In this document: positions 1 to 9,699 of the stretch, piece by piece
Numbering within the stretch: position 1 is the first letter of the stretch
Layout of the letters: each line of letters opens with the position of its first letter
Source of the DNA: Deltaproteobacteria bacterium
Lineage (GTDB): Bacteria; CG2-30-53-67
Reading direction: 5' to 3'
Assembly (NCBI GenBank): GCA_013151235.1
Contig: JAADIO010000032.1
Span: 2,166 to 66,165, forward strand
Length of the DNA stretch: 64,000 nucleotides
Position numbers and translations under genes: made by a program
The notes under the pieces: model-generated
Database searches by the model: none
Seen by the model: only the letters and a program-made list of their open reading frames with translations
What the model was told of the DNA's origin: nothing

Positions 1-13
1 AGGCCGGAAACAT

Positions 14-1342
14 TCATCTTGTGCGTGCATGTTCCATACGCTTAGTAGTTGATAGTGCTTCTTGCGGTGTATCTTGAATCTCTTTTCTTATGATAGCGGA
101 AACGATAATTTGTATCGGCAGAAAAACGGCCGTAATTGCGTTTATGAAGAAAATACAGACACAAAAACCAGCAATCCCTGCTTCTATTGCTCCTAAAAAT
201 GAAAACAGTTCTTTATTTTTTTCTGTAACCGGGATGATTTTTCTGAGTGTCCTGTTTTTGAGAAACGTACCGAAAACAAGCAGAAAGTAGGGAACAGCCG
301 CAAATAGTCCGGCATCGGAAAGAATTTCAATATAGGTATTATGAGTAACCTTGGGATTATAATTCCTGAAGACCCATGCCTTGAAATCAGGTTCCAGATA
401 GTCGAAGTTGTTTTCATATTCCATTTTTGCCAATGGGTAGGAAAGAAACCCGGTACCGAATAAAGGGTGGTCCCGGAATACCATCAGACCAGCCTTCCAG
501 AGGATTATACGGGACTTTGCGGACCATCCCAGGGTTTCTTCGTTTTCCATTGATGAGACCCTTCGCACGTAACTCTGGCTTATGAATGGTAAAACGATGA
601 CCGTGATCAGAAGGGCGGCTATCAGGGCTTTGGTTCTGTTATTTATTCTAAGAATCATCACGGCGACAACCGTGGCAAATCCCAGAAGTCCTCCCCGCGA
701 CTGAGTAAATATGACCAACAAGATCATAATAGTTGAAGCCGTGAAACCAATAAACTTTGTCTTGTTATTGTCCCCGTCGAAGAGCTTTTGAAAGGCCAGT
801 GGAGAAGTTAGGACAAAAAGTGCCGCTACACCATTCGTATCTGAAGAAGCATGTCCACCCAGACCTTCCAGACGAGCATTTCCTAAAAAGTGTTGCTGTA
901 TCCCCCAGATTCCGAGCAGCACAAAACTGAAGAGTATGAAGTTCTCAAGTGTTCTGATTTCCTGAAAGTTATTAACAAGAACAACAAGCAATACAGCATA
1001 AAGATAGGTTTTGACGATTTCGTTTGCATAATAATAGGATCTTGAAATTTCATAGTGAGACAGAAAGATAGAGAGAATCAATGCGCCATAAAGCCATAGG
1101 ATTAGCAAGGGCTGTGGTTCCAGAAATGACTTGAAGGTAAACCGACCGGAATTCAGGATAGTGGCGATCCATGTGCAAGCAAAGAGAACCACAAAAGTTT
1201 TTGCACCAGTGTTCCCACCCCAAAAAAACATCTCCGGGCGGATGATGTTGAAAAAGGTATACAGGATCAGTCCCCATAGGGGTCTTCTCCAGATGAAGGG
1301 AAGAGAAAGAAAGATGAATGCCCAATAAACGGATGCTCTCAA
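14..1342 (-). CDS. O-antigen ligase / Wzy-like polysaccharide polymerase family membrane protein
   Basis: 442-aa ORF that is almost entirely hydrophobic helices, with a loop region (HFLGNARLEGLGGHASSDTNG ... TQSRGGLLGF) typical of Wzy_C/O-antigen-ligase proteins. Last gene of the co-directional EPS operon. Confidence 0.6.
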   Translation of the reverse strand: MRASVYWAFIFLSLPFIWRRPLWGLILYTFFNIIRPEMFFWGGNTGAKTFVVLFACTWIATILNSGRFTFKSFLEPQPLLILWLYGALILSIFLSHYEISRSYYYANEIVKTYLYAVLLVVLVNNFQEIRTLENFILFSFVLLGIWGIQQHFLGNARLEGLGGHASSDTNGVAALFVLTSPLAFQKLFDGDNNKTKFIGFTASTIMILLVIFTQSRGGLLGFATVVAVMILRINNRTKALIAALLITVIVLPFISQSYVRRVSSMENEETLGWSAKSRIILWKAGLMVFRDHPLFGTGFLSYPLAKMEYENNFDYLEPDFKAWVFRNYNPKVTHNTYIEILSDAGLFAAVPYFLLVFGTFLKNRTLRKIIPVTEKNKELFSFLGAIEAGIAGFCVCIFFINAITAVFLPIQIIVSAIIRKEIQDTPQEALSTTKRMEHARTR

Positions 1343-1420
1343 AATACGCTCGTATATAAGTTGTTGAAAACTTCAGCTCTCAGGTTTTTTGCCAAGGTTC
1401 CTGAAGCTGCTGTTTCCCTA

Positions 1421-3238
1421 TTATTGCCTGACAATAAACGGTCCCATCGCGAGATAAGGAAGGTCCCCCTGATTAAAAGCCTTGATGGCATCTTGGGGAG
1501 TGCAGACAATGGGTTCTTCATGCATATTGAAACTTGTGTTGATAATCGAAGGAATCCCGGTTATGGACGCATATTCTTTGATGATGTTATAGAAACTTTC
1601 ATTTGTCTGCGGGCTTACAAGCTGTGGCCGTGCGGTTTTGTCAACATGCACGGCCGCCGGACACTTTCCCACCATAAAATCTGTACAATCAAATGTGATC
1701 GTCATAAACTGAGCCGTATATTCTGCCCCATGAATATTCTTGTAGCACTTGTTCCTTTCTTCATATAATGTTGCCGGTGCGAAGGGCATGAATTCCGTTC
1801 GTTTTAATTGCTGGTTGAGCCAGAGATTGACCGAGGGATCGGTTGCGTGGTAGAGGATGGACCTGTTGCCGAGGGCCCTGGGGCCGTATTCCATCCTGCC
1901 GTTGAATCGTGCTACGATGTTGCCGTCCGCAAGAAGTTCCGCAATCCGTCTTTCAATATTTTGAGGTCTTTCCGGTTTAAGCCCGGCCTGATGTATGGCG
2001 GAAAGCATTTCTTCCTCAGGATATTCCGGTCCCCAATAGACATCATCAATACGTTCGGTCTGAAGAGAGCTCGTCTCCTGGGTATAAAGTGCCATGGCTG
2101 CACCCACGCAACATCCACCATCCCCCATGTTCGGGTGGATGAAGATATTTTCCACCCCGTCGATCTCGAAAATACGCTGGTTTGCCTTAACGTTTGCGAC
2201 GACACCGCCGGATAGTGCGACATTCTTTATCCCGGTTTGTTTTACATAATACGCGATATATTCGCATGCGATGTCCTCCAGAACCTTCTGATAGGCTGCT
2301 GCAACTGCCGGTTTTGAAAAACGGGATGCCAGATAGCGTGAGAAAACGAAATTATGCGGCAGATGATAATAAATATCGCCGTCGGATGTTTCGAAGAAAG
2401 AGCGTACCGTATCATAGAGGATGTCGGCTTTTTCGTATGCGGCTAATCCGACGATTTTGCCTTCGTGCCGGCCGGGCTTGAAACCAAGCGATGATGTTAC
2501 CTTTTCATAAAATTCTCCAAGACTGACAGGATGCTTCAGGGCATGTATCCGTTCTATCCCGCCATTGCGGCCGATGGAGACACTTCCGGCAAGCCCGCTT
2601 CCATAACCGTCGAGTGTAATAAGCAGTGCCTCGTCAAAGCCTGAGGTAAAGTAGGTATTTGCGGCATGACAAAGGTGATGGTCGAAACGTTGCAGTTTAT
2701 GGTCAATGCCGAATTTCTGCAATCCCTTGATCAGCTCTTCCTGCCAATGTCTGTGGTCCCGGCTTGCTCCTTCCACCCATTGTTTTCTTTTACGTCTTCC
2801 CATTATGGTGCCTATCCATGAATAGGTACTCAGCATTCTATATGCGATGTTCATATATCCCGGCTTCTTCATGTACAATTTTTTTTCCGTAAGAGCCGGT
2901 ATGTTGTATTTTTTTTCCGGTTGTTCCGGCAAGTTCCGCATGTGATGGAAAAGGTTTTGAGGAGGATATACTTTTTCTTTGTCGGCATGCCAACGTGCTG
3001 AGCTTCTCATCAGCTCCGATTCCCTTTGCCAGTCATAAAATGAGTATGCGACGTGATCGACCGATTGAGCGGTAAGCCCGTATCGCTGGAAAAGCTCTTG
3101 CAAAGCCAGATAGGGGAACCCGGCATGTATCTTGATCCGGCTCAGTCTTTCTTCAGCAATTGCAGCGATCACTTTCCCGTCTTCCAGCAGGCAAACGGTA
3201 GCGTCTTTGTCTAAGGGGGATATACCGATAATTTTCAT
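1421..3238 (-). CDS. Carbamoyltransferase (NodU/CmcH family)
   Basis: 605 aa. The N-terminus MKIIGISPLDKDATVCLLEDGKVIAAIAEERLSRIKIHAGFPY, the internal GGVVANVKANQ and the C-terminal TSFNMHEEPIV are characteristic of NodU/CmcH carbamoyltransferases. Confidence 0.85.
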   Translation of the reverse strand: MKIIGISPLDKDATVCLLEDGKVIAAIAEERLSRIKIHAGFPYLALQELFQRYGLTAQSVDHVAYSFYDWQRESELMRSSARWHADKEKVYPPQNLFHHMRNLPEQPEKKYNIPALTEKKLYMKKPGYMNIAYRMLSTYSWIGTIMGRRKRKQWVEGASRDHRHWQEELIKGLQKFGIDHKLQRFDHHLCHAANTYFTSGFDEALLITLDGYGSGLAGSVSIGRNGGIERIHALKHPVSLGEFYEKVTSSLGFKPGRHEGKIVGLAAYEKADILYDTVRSFFETSDGDIYYHLPHNFVFSRYLASRFSKPAVAAAYQKVLEDIACEYIAYYVKQTGIKNVALSGGVVANVKANQRIFEIDGVENIFIHPNMGDGGCCVGAAMALYTQETSSLQTERIDDVYWGPEYPEEEMLSAIHQAGLKPERPQNIERRIAELLADGNIVARFNGRMEYGPRALGNRSILYHATDPSVNLWLNQQLKRTEFMPFAPATLYEERNKCYKNIHGAEYTAQFMTITFDCTDFMVGKCPAAVHVDKTARPQLVSPQTNESFYNIIKEYASITGIPSIINTSFNMHEEPIVCTPQDAIKAFNQGDLPYLAMGPFIVRQ

Positions 3239-4221
3239 GAAAGATTTTCCTCCAGCATCTTTGTATATGCCTCTCTTATGGTAAGGAAATCCGCGTGATA
3301 GGTTTTCTGAATGTAAGTTACAACATTTTCAATGGTTCTGAAAAAGTTCTGTTTATCCTGCGGCGTGGTTACGTAGGCCGTACTGCCCGGTCGTAGATCC
3401 GAGCTGTGAAAAAAAAGGTTAATAACGCTGTTGCCGTTATGGATGTTCATGTCAATACAGCGACAAATATCTTCGGTAGTGTAACCTTCCGGGGTAATGG
3501 CTACTTTTCGCAATAATTTCAGGCGCCACAAGATTCCGATCACATGCAGCCTGGCAACCTTGGGGGTGGAGAGAATGCGATACAACTTATTTGAGAACTG
3601 AAACCAGGGGAGAGTAAATCCTGCTGTGGCCGGTATCTCCAATAGCGAACGCTGCTTTCCTTGTGCAAGGCAGTTCTCGAAATCGGGATAATAAGGATAA
3701 AGAAGGGCGTTGTCGTACGAAAAATCCTTTTCGCTATAAAAAGGTCTGATGCTGGAGTCGACTTGATAGCCATAATGCGCTAATAAACGCATGATTTTCC
3801 CGTCCATACCCCATCTTCCTGAACGGAAAGAAAAAGGATGTATGCCGAAGCGTTCCTTGATAATATCGGTAAGCTTTTTCAATTTCCTTTCTACCAGGAG
3901 GATGGGCAGATTGATTATAAATGAGTTATGATCGTTGATTTCTTCCGTGACAGGAGGGTTGCACCATGGATGCAGATGAGCACCGATGTCGCACTCCTTT
4001 TTTTTGAAATAGCTCTTTAAAGTCGCGCAGTTTTCTTCTTTTTCCACGACGGCATGGTCAACAAAGTAGGTTGGAATAATGGAAAGAGACCGGCAAAGAT
4101 CCTGGAATTCATGAATGTACGAGATATTCTCCGTCGAGTACGGTGGAACAGGGAGCGGCCCGGACCAATCCCATTCCTCTTCCGTGTCTATGGTGATTAA
4201 AAAGATAACTCGTTTTTTCAT
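3235..4221 (-). CDS. Divergent polysaccharide deacetylase-like protein (WalW-type)
   Basis: 328 aa. N-terminal FLITIDTEEEWDWSGP and GAHLHPWCNPP motifs resemble WalW/NodB-fold deacetylase-like proteins. 4-nt ATGA overlap with the downstream carbamoyltransferase. Confidence 0.45.
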   Translation of the reverse strand: MKKRVIFLITIDTEEEWDWSGPLPVPPYSTENISYIHEFQDLCRSLSIIPTYFVDHAVVEKEENCATLKSYFKKKECDIGAHLHPWCNPPVTEEINDHNSFIINLPILLVERKLKKLTDIIKERFGIHPFSFRSGRWGMDGKIMRLLAHYGYQVDSSIRPFYSEKDFSYDNALLYPYYPDFENCLAQGKQRSLLEIPATAGFTLPWFQFSNKLYRILSTPKVARLHVIGILWRLKLLRKVAITPEGYTTEDICRCIDMNIHNGNSVINLFFHSSDLRPGSTAYVTTPQDKQNFFRTIENVVTYIQKTYHADFLTIREAYTKMLEENLS

Positions 4222-4289
4222 TCCTGAATTGCTTCGACGTAATTTCTAAGAGTTGGAAATCTTTATCCGTGAAAGAAGTACCTGTGATC

Positions 4290-5330
4290 CTACCACGAAA
4301 GAAACGATTTTCGATACTCAAAGAAGCCTGACATGCTCAATCGATAAAAGCTTTTACGTGCTGATATGTCATTGCCCACACCGACGCGAGGGATAGAAAG
4401 TGGATGGTCCTTGCCCGGATTGTACAGTCCGTAATCCGTGGCAAACGCGCATTTGTAGCCGTAATGAGCCAGTAATTTCCTATGTTCTGGTGAGTAATCC
4501 TTTCCAAACTGGCCATTCGGGTAACAGAACGCCCTGATCTCATGCCCTAACTTTTTTTCAAGCCTTATTTTCGACCCGGCCAATTCTCCTTCAAGCAGTT
4601 CCTCCGGTGTGTTTGTGAGAATTCTGTGGGTAGCGGTATGGGAGCCGAATTCAATCAGTCCTTCTTTGTCCATCTTGAATACTTCAGGCCAGGTCAACAT
4701 CCCGAAATCATCTATGTAAGTGGATCGGTCGAAGCCAACCTGGGAGACAACCTGCTGCAAAAGAGCGGATCTTTCATTGCCGTGCTTTCTCTTCAGGTAT
4801 TCCACCTCCATGTGGTAAGCTTCATAATATTGTTTTTTCGAGAAAAGAAAGTTTGCCTGTGGGTTGGTAAGCCGGAGGTTTGCTTGCTGTTTTCCGGCTT
4901 CGAGAATGGTCAGCAATAGTTCGTCAACCCAGAAAAACCGGTCCGAGTTTATGTAATCAACAGTAAGGAAAATAACGGTTGGAATCCTGTATCTTTTCAG
5001 GATCGGGTAGGCGACAGTCATGTTATTCCTGAAACCGTCATCCAGGGTGATTAAAACGGAATGATCAGGGAGGGGGTTGTCTGTTGCCGCCGCCGACAAG
5101 ACTTCATTTAATGAAACGGGGTTATAGTATTTCGCGAGCCAGGAGATCTGTTGCTCGAAGATGCGCGCAGGTAACAATGTCCATGCAGAAGGAGGATTTT
5201 TGCTTTGTGTAACTCCATGATACGTCACTACCAGAAGGCGTTTCCGGTATCTGTGCCGCAGAAATCGGCTGACGCCTGCAAAAAGCAGGATGTTACAGAA
5301 GGCAATCTTTGTGAACTCCTTAAATGTCAT
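4290..5330 (-). CDS. Polysaccharide deacetylase (NodB homology domain), PEP-CTERM-locus type
   Basis: N-terminal TM segment, then LVVTYHGV and LITLDDGFRNN (NodB motif 1) and HTATHRIL. I moved the start to MTFKEF (5330), which gives an ATGA overlap with the stop of the upstream 862-aa ORF. The track ORF extends to 5393. Confidence 0.75.
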   Translation of the reverse strand: MTFKEFTKIAFCNILLFAGVSRFLRHRYRKRLLVVTYHGVTQSKNPPSAWTLLPARIFEQQISWLAKYYNPVSLNEVLSAAATDNPLPDHSVLITLDDGFRNNMTVAYPILKRYRIPTVIFLTVDYINSDRFFWVDELLLTILEAGKQQANLRLTNPQANFLFSKKQYYEAYHMEVEYLKRKHGNERSALLQQVVSQVGFDRSTYIDDFGMLTWPEVFKMDKEGLIEFGSHTATHRILTNTPEELLEGELAGSKIRLEKKLGHEIRAFCYPNGQFGKDYSPEHRKLLAHYGYKCAFATDYGLYNPGKDHPLSIPRVGVGNDISARKSFYRLSMSGFFEYRKSFLSW

Positions 5331-7915
5331 TTGTTTTTTATACGGGCTTTCAGCCAGTTCCACTCTCTTTTTAGATTTGTCTTTGCACAACATCCGGCAA
5401 CATCAGACAGGATTCTACGAAAAAGTCCGGGCATTGTGTAACGGAATGGCGATGAACTGTATTGTCCGCTGCCGGGGCTTTTCCTTTCGTGAACGGGATG
5501 GACGGATTCGCCGGGGTCCGGGATCCATCCGTTCTGCAGGGCCAGGACCATGGGGCGTGTCAGGAATCGTGTTTCACGGCTCTGTAATTCTTTGAAACTT
5601 TCCGTCAGGAAGAACCGGCAACGTTCAATGAATCGCTTGCGATTCTCGGATGGGGCGTATCGAGCTGCAAGATAAAAGACGACGCTTTTCCGAAGGTCCT
5701 GGGCGGCCCACGTTTCGTTAGGGTATTCAAGGACTCCGGGCCTTGTCAAAGTCGGGTATTCATTCTCTGCCATCCAGCCTGCATAGTGCAGCAGGGTGTC
5801 TTTTGCATAAACGTAATCATTGTCGAACTCGTTTAATTCACTCTTTTTCTCAAGATACTTCCCGGTTGCAACCAGAAAAACCGTATAGGACCACCAGCGT
5901 TCGACATTATTCAAGTCGCGGGAGGCGATGTTGTCATTCGGGTGCACCGTGCCCTGGATCAGGCGGGTTGCGATATCGAGATATTTCCTGTCCGACGAAA
6001 GCTCAAAGGCATCTAGAGCCGCGGAAAGGCAATTTCCGGTGCCTCGGTCAAGAGGAAAACACGGCCATATTCCCGCTTCTCGTTTCCCGCGCCACCAGGA
6101 ATGCAGATATTTCTTTGCTCTCAGAAAAGATGCGAGAATGGTTTGCGGCCCTTTCAAGGAGAGGTAACACCAGTCGGCGAGCCTGAGTACCTCCTCCCGG
6201 AAACGAGGATTCCCGGTCAGAAGATGATGAACCATAAGTCCTGTTGTATAACAGTGTTGCGCGGCAGGCCCGCCTCCAACGAATGCGGGGTTTTTGTGTT
6301 TCAAGTGTTCCCTGGATGAACTTCGATGAGTACTGAGTCCGGCATCCAGGTAATGGTCGGTGTGCCAGAAAAGGCCGTGACAGTATTCCTCACGGTCTTC
6401 ATCCGTATGGTTGATATCAATGTCAATGACATGACGGGCCAGATCCGAGGCCAGCCCCGCCCATCGGAAGTCGCCGGTGCGGAAATACTCGCGATAAAAA
6501 GAGGCGACGGCATCGTATTGGTTATTGTAATGTGAGACAAAAGGCCTCTTCCCCCTGTGGTAGACCGCCTCGTGGTCGGCGTACAGTTCCCCGAAATTAC
6601 GCCATCCGTATTCGTCGACCATTTCCCGCTTGGCCATAAAATTGTTCGGTCCTTCAAGAGCTGCGGCCGTAAATTCCAGGTATTGGGGGTCGGCTGGCTC
6701 GCCGCCGGTAATGTCGTTGGACAGCCCGGACTGCCCGATCGTTTCCTGTGAAAATGTTATCTCCGGTGGCCCAAGTCCCCAACCCGCCTGATCCAGAGTA
6801 GTTGCAAAATCAAGATGAAGAAGATGTGTTTTTTGCTCCCCCCCCTGTAATTCATGCAAGTCTGGAAACTTTTCCGGGAAGAATGATATATTTATCATAT
6901 CGTCATGGAATCCCATTGCTTTGGGGAATTCCTGCCAGAATTGCGAAAGGACGACAGAAAGTCCGTTGGTGCTTGGTCCCGCCCAGAGAATCGGCCCGGC
7001 CCTCTTCCCGGTCATTATGACATGATCATCCTGCAATACCTGATATCCTCGTATCGTCATAGGGACATTGCCGTTTCGGTTCCTATGATTGGGGCTGCAC
7101 CAGTTTTCACCGCCGCTCGACTCCTGGTAAATGATTAGTGGCCCGCCTTTCTCGAAAGTCCGCCATGGTTCCCCGATAGAGGTTTTGTAATAATAATCGG
7201 CGCCGAAGTCTTTATTCAGGGACAGAGACACAACGAGTTCCTTGAACAAGAATGAAGAAGGATCACCAAGATCCCAGATTCCGTCCGGATGTTTTGCCGC
7301 TCGGGAATTGTGGAGTGTAAACTCGATGCATGTTTTTGCAGTCCCTGTATAAAAATGCAGTCTTGCCTGGAATAAGAGTTTTTTGTCCCGGCCGAAATGG
7401 CCCTTGATATTGAGCGTTAAGCGGACCGGACCACGGGCTTCAATGGCTGTTTTTTCAATGACGGCAGGCAACTTCAGGTTATCCTGATCTTTTAGCCAGA
7501 GGTCACTGCCGGTATCACCGAGGATATCCTGTCCCTCTACCCGTACCCTCCGGAAAGGGAGCAGCCTGGAAGAATCCAGGACAAAAAAAGCGGCGCCGGT
7601 ATCGATCTCGATCATATTGCCGGCTGAATTGCAGTATATTACCTCCTGCGCATGTTTCAAGGTCTTCACGGGTTCAAGACGCAGATGGACCTGTTCCTCG
7701 GGTGCCATGTCGACGAGGAAATCACAGCGCAGCCATTTAACGCTTCTGTCCGGCCAGTGGGCCAATGGTGTTGTCTGAACCGGGATTGACCGGCCCTTCC
7801 CGTTGAGAACAAAATCGCTGTCCTGCTTCACGATGCCTTGCGGGCAGGGAATGCCGATCGTGGCCGGGTATCTTGTTCGTTGGAGATGGGATGGATTTGT
7901 GATTTTTATTTGCAT
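5327..7915 (-). CDS. Large hypothetical protein, possibly a glycan-active enzyme (PcRGLX/YetA-like three-domain architecture)
   Basis: 862-aa ORF with no signal peptide or TM segment. The N-terminus (IGIPCPQG...FVLNGKGRSIPVQTTPLAHWPDRSVKWLRCDFLV) recalls the RIFT-barrel N-domain of exo-rhamnogalacturonan-lyase-like proteins. The C-terminal half looks helical and toroid-like. The CDS is solid; the function is uncertain. Confidence 0.5.
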   Translation of the reverse strand: MQIKITNPSHLQRTRYPATIGIPCPQGIVKQDSDFVLNGKGRSIPVQTTPLAHWPDRSVKWLRCDFLVDMAPEEQVHLRLEPVKTLKHAQEVIYCNSAGNMIEIDTGAAFFVLDSSRLLPFRRVRVEGQDILGDTGSDLWLKDQDNLKLPAVIEKTAIEARGPVRLTLNIKGHFGRDKKLLFQARLHFYTGTAKTCIEFTLHNSRAAKHPDGIWDLGDPSSFLFKELVVSLSLNKDFGADYYYKTSIGEPWRTFEKGGPLIIYQESSGGENWCSPNHRNRNGNVPMTIRGYQVLQDDHVIMTGKRAGPILWAGPSTNGLSVVLSQFWQEFPKAMGFHDDMINISFFPEKFPDLHELQGGEQKTHLLHLDFATTLDQAGWGLGPPEITFSQETIGQSGLSNDITGGEPADPQYLEFTAAALEGPNNFMAKREMVDEYGWRNFGELYADHEAVYHRGKRPFVSHYNNQYDAVASFYREYFRTGDFRWAGLASDLARHVIDIDINHTDEDREEYCHGLFWHTDHYLDAGLSTHRSSSREHLKHKNPAFVGGGPAAQHCYTTGLMVHHLLTGNPRFREEVLRLADWCYLSLKGPQTILASFLRAKKYLHSWWRGKREAGIWPCFPLDRGTGNCLSAALDAFELSSDRKYLDIATRLIQGTVHPNDNIASRDLNNVERWWSYTVFLVATGKYLEKKSELNEFDNDYVYAKDTLLHYAGWMAENEYPTLTRPGVLEYPNETWAAQDLRKSVVFYLAARYAPSENRKRFIERCRFFLTESFKELQSRETRFLTRPMVLALQNGWIPDPGESVHPVHERKSPGSGQYSSSPFRYTMPGLFRRILSDVAGCCAKTNLKREWNWLKARIKNK

Positions 7916-7977
7916 CTATCGACGATGGGAAAAATATTTTTCCTGCCGGACTTTTTTAAGCTTTCGGCAGGAGTGAA

Positions 7978-9165
7978 TCAGAAGCTGGGCCATTCGCCCC
8001 TGCCCGCAAAATAGAGGTAGATCGCTTCCAACTGTTGCACCCTTTTACGGAAATTGAACCTGTTCTGGATACGTTGCCGGGCCATCCGCCCCATCCGGGA
8101 TCGGAGTTGCGGCCGTTGCAGGAGTTCTGTGACCGCATCGGCAAGAGAGGCGGTATCCCCCGCCGGGCACAGGAGTCCGGTTTCATGTCCCAGAACAACT
8201 TCCGGTATGCCGCCGACGTCCGTCGAGACGACGGGAACCTCCAAGGCCATGGCTTCAAGTATCGTGTTCGGCAGTCCTTCCGTCCGCGAAGTCATCAGGA
8301 AAAGATCGAAGGATGCATAAATATCGGAAAGGTCGGTCCGGTGACCGGTAAAATGAACGACATGACCCAGGCCCATTCCGGCAGCATCTGATTTGGCCTT
8401 TTCCAGTTCATTGCCGAGACCGTCGCCGACCACAACGAATTTTACATTAGGCATCCGCGCCGTCACTTGTCGTACCACCTCAAAAAAGGTCGGCAAATCC
8501 TTGTCGTAGGTGATCCTTGCCACGGTCCCCACCAGGAGATCACCCTTTGCCAAGTTGAGTTCTTTTCTCAGTACGGGTTCCGCCAGGGAGCGCGACCAGG
8601 AAGCAATGTCGATTCCATTGTACAGCACCTGGACATCGTTCTCCTTCAGACCGCCGCGGATCAAGCGCTGCCGTGTATCTTCCGATATTGTGAGAATCGG
8701 GAGCGCATGACGCTTCATCAGCCACAGAATGAATCTCTTGCGAAACAGGAACCTCAGGTACGCCACGGTCTTTGCAAATGATTCCCTGTCGTACTCGGCA
8801 TGAGAGTGGCAGGTGTGCATGATACGCAGTCCGGGCACGAGATATTTCAGGAGGGCTCCGTAGAGGAGTGTTTTGTCATCGTGTGTATGGACTAACGTAA
8901 TCCTTCTCTGCCGGACGACCCGTCTCAAAGAACCGATGCATTTCCGATCCAGAAGATTTCTGTCGACAAAATCCACGTAATCAATCCCGAGTTGCCGTGC
9001 CATGTCGGCAATCCGGAATTCCCGGTCCTCCGGTTGACGGATGTATGTAACCAGTACCTCAACTTTTGAGCTGTTGTGCATGGCTGCGGAGTGCAGAATG
9101 GTTTTGTCCGGCCCTCCACCTCCTTTGTAGGTCCCGCGTACATCCATGATCCGGATCGATTCCAC
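7978..9165 (-). CDS. Glycosyltransferase family 4 (GT-B)
   Basis: 395 aa. The C-terminal EGLPNTILEAMALEVPVVSTDVGGIPEVV (E-x7-E region) is typical of GT4. Confidence 0.85.
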   Translation of the reverse strand: MESIRIMDVRGTYKGGGGPDKTILHSAAMHNSSKVEVLVTYIRQPEDREFRIADMARQLGIDYVDFVDRNLLDRKCIGSLRRVVRQRRITLVHTHDDKTLLYGALLKYLVPGLRIMHTCHSHAEYDRESFAKTVAYLRFLFRKRFILWLMKRHALPILTISEDTRQRLIRGGLKENDVQVLYNGIDIASWSRSLAEPVLRKELNLAKGDLLVGTVARITYDKDLPTFFEVVRQVTARMPNVKFVVVGDGLGNELEKAKSDAAGMGLGHVVHFTGHRTDLSDIYASFDLFLMTSRTEGLPNTILEAMALEVPVVSTDVGGIPEVVLGHETGLLCPAGDTASLADAVTELLQRPQLRSRMGRMARQRIQNRFNFRKRVQQLEAIYLYFAGRGEWPSF

Positions 9166-9179
9166 CGGTAGATACCCTT

Positions 9180-9692
9180 TCAGGTTTGTTTTCGGATCAC
9201 GCAGGGGTTTCCAAAGACAACCGAGTTTTCCGGGACATCTTGATTGACCATGGCATTGGCACCGATCCGGCAGTTATCACCGATCGAAATTTCTCCGATG
9301 ATCTTGGCGCCGGCGCCGAACAATACATTATTCCCGATCCTGGCTGCGTTTCCGCTTCCACCCCTGTCTCCGATGGTGACATGATGGTAGATCGTACAAT
9401 TCTCTCCGATGACGACCGACGGATGCAGGATGATCCCTCCAAAATGATGAATGCGAAGCCCTGGGCCGATGGTGCATTCCGCCGGGATGGAGATCCCCGT
9501 GGTGATTTCCGTCAACCGTTCAACCAGGAAACGAAATGGCTGGGCGGGTACGTGATGCCTGTGAAACCAGTTGAAGAAACGATACACGATGATTGCCTGG
9601 AATCCCTGGGACAAGAGTCCCCGGATCATCGGTCGCAGGGTGGATTGCCCGGAACCCAATCTTTTGAGATCGTGTTTTATGTTTCGGAACAT
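9180..9692 (-). CDS. Hexapeptide-repeat O-acetyltransferase (serine acetyltransferase-like)
   Basis: Left-handed beta-helix repeats (IHPSVVIGENCTIYHHVTIGD...IGNNVLFGAGAKIIGEISIGDNCRIGANAMV). I moved the start to MFRNIKHD (9692) so that it no longer overlaps the upstream AsnB-like gene, which ends at 9700. Confidence 0.75.
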   Translation of the reverse strand: MFRNIKHDLKRLGSGQSTLRPMIRGLLSQGFQAIIVYRFFNWFHRHHVPAQPFRFLVERLTEITTGISIPAECTIGPGLRIHHFGGIILHPSVVIGENCTIYHHVTIGDRGGSGNAARIGNNVLFGAGAKIIGEISIGDNCRIGANAMVNQDVPENSVVFGNPCVIRKQT

Positions 9693-9699
9693 GACGGAA

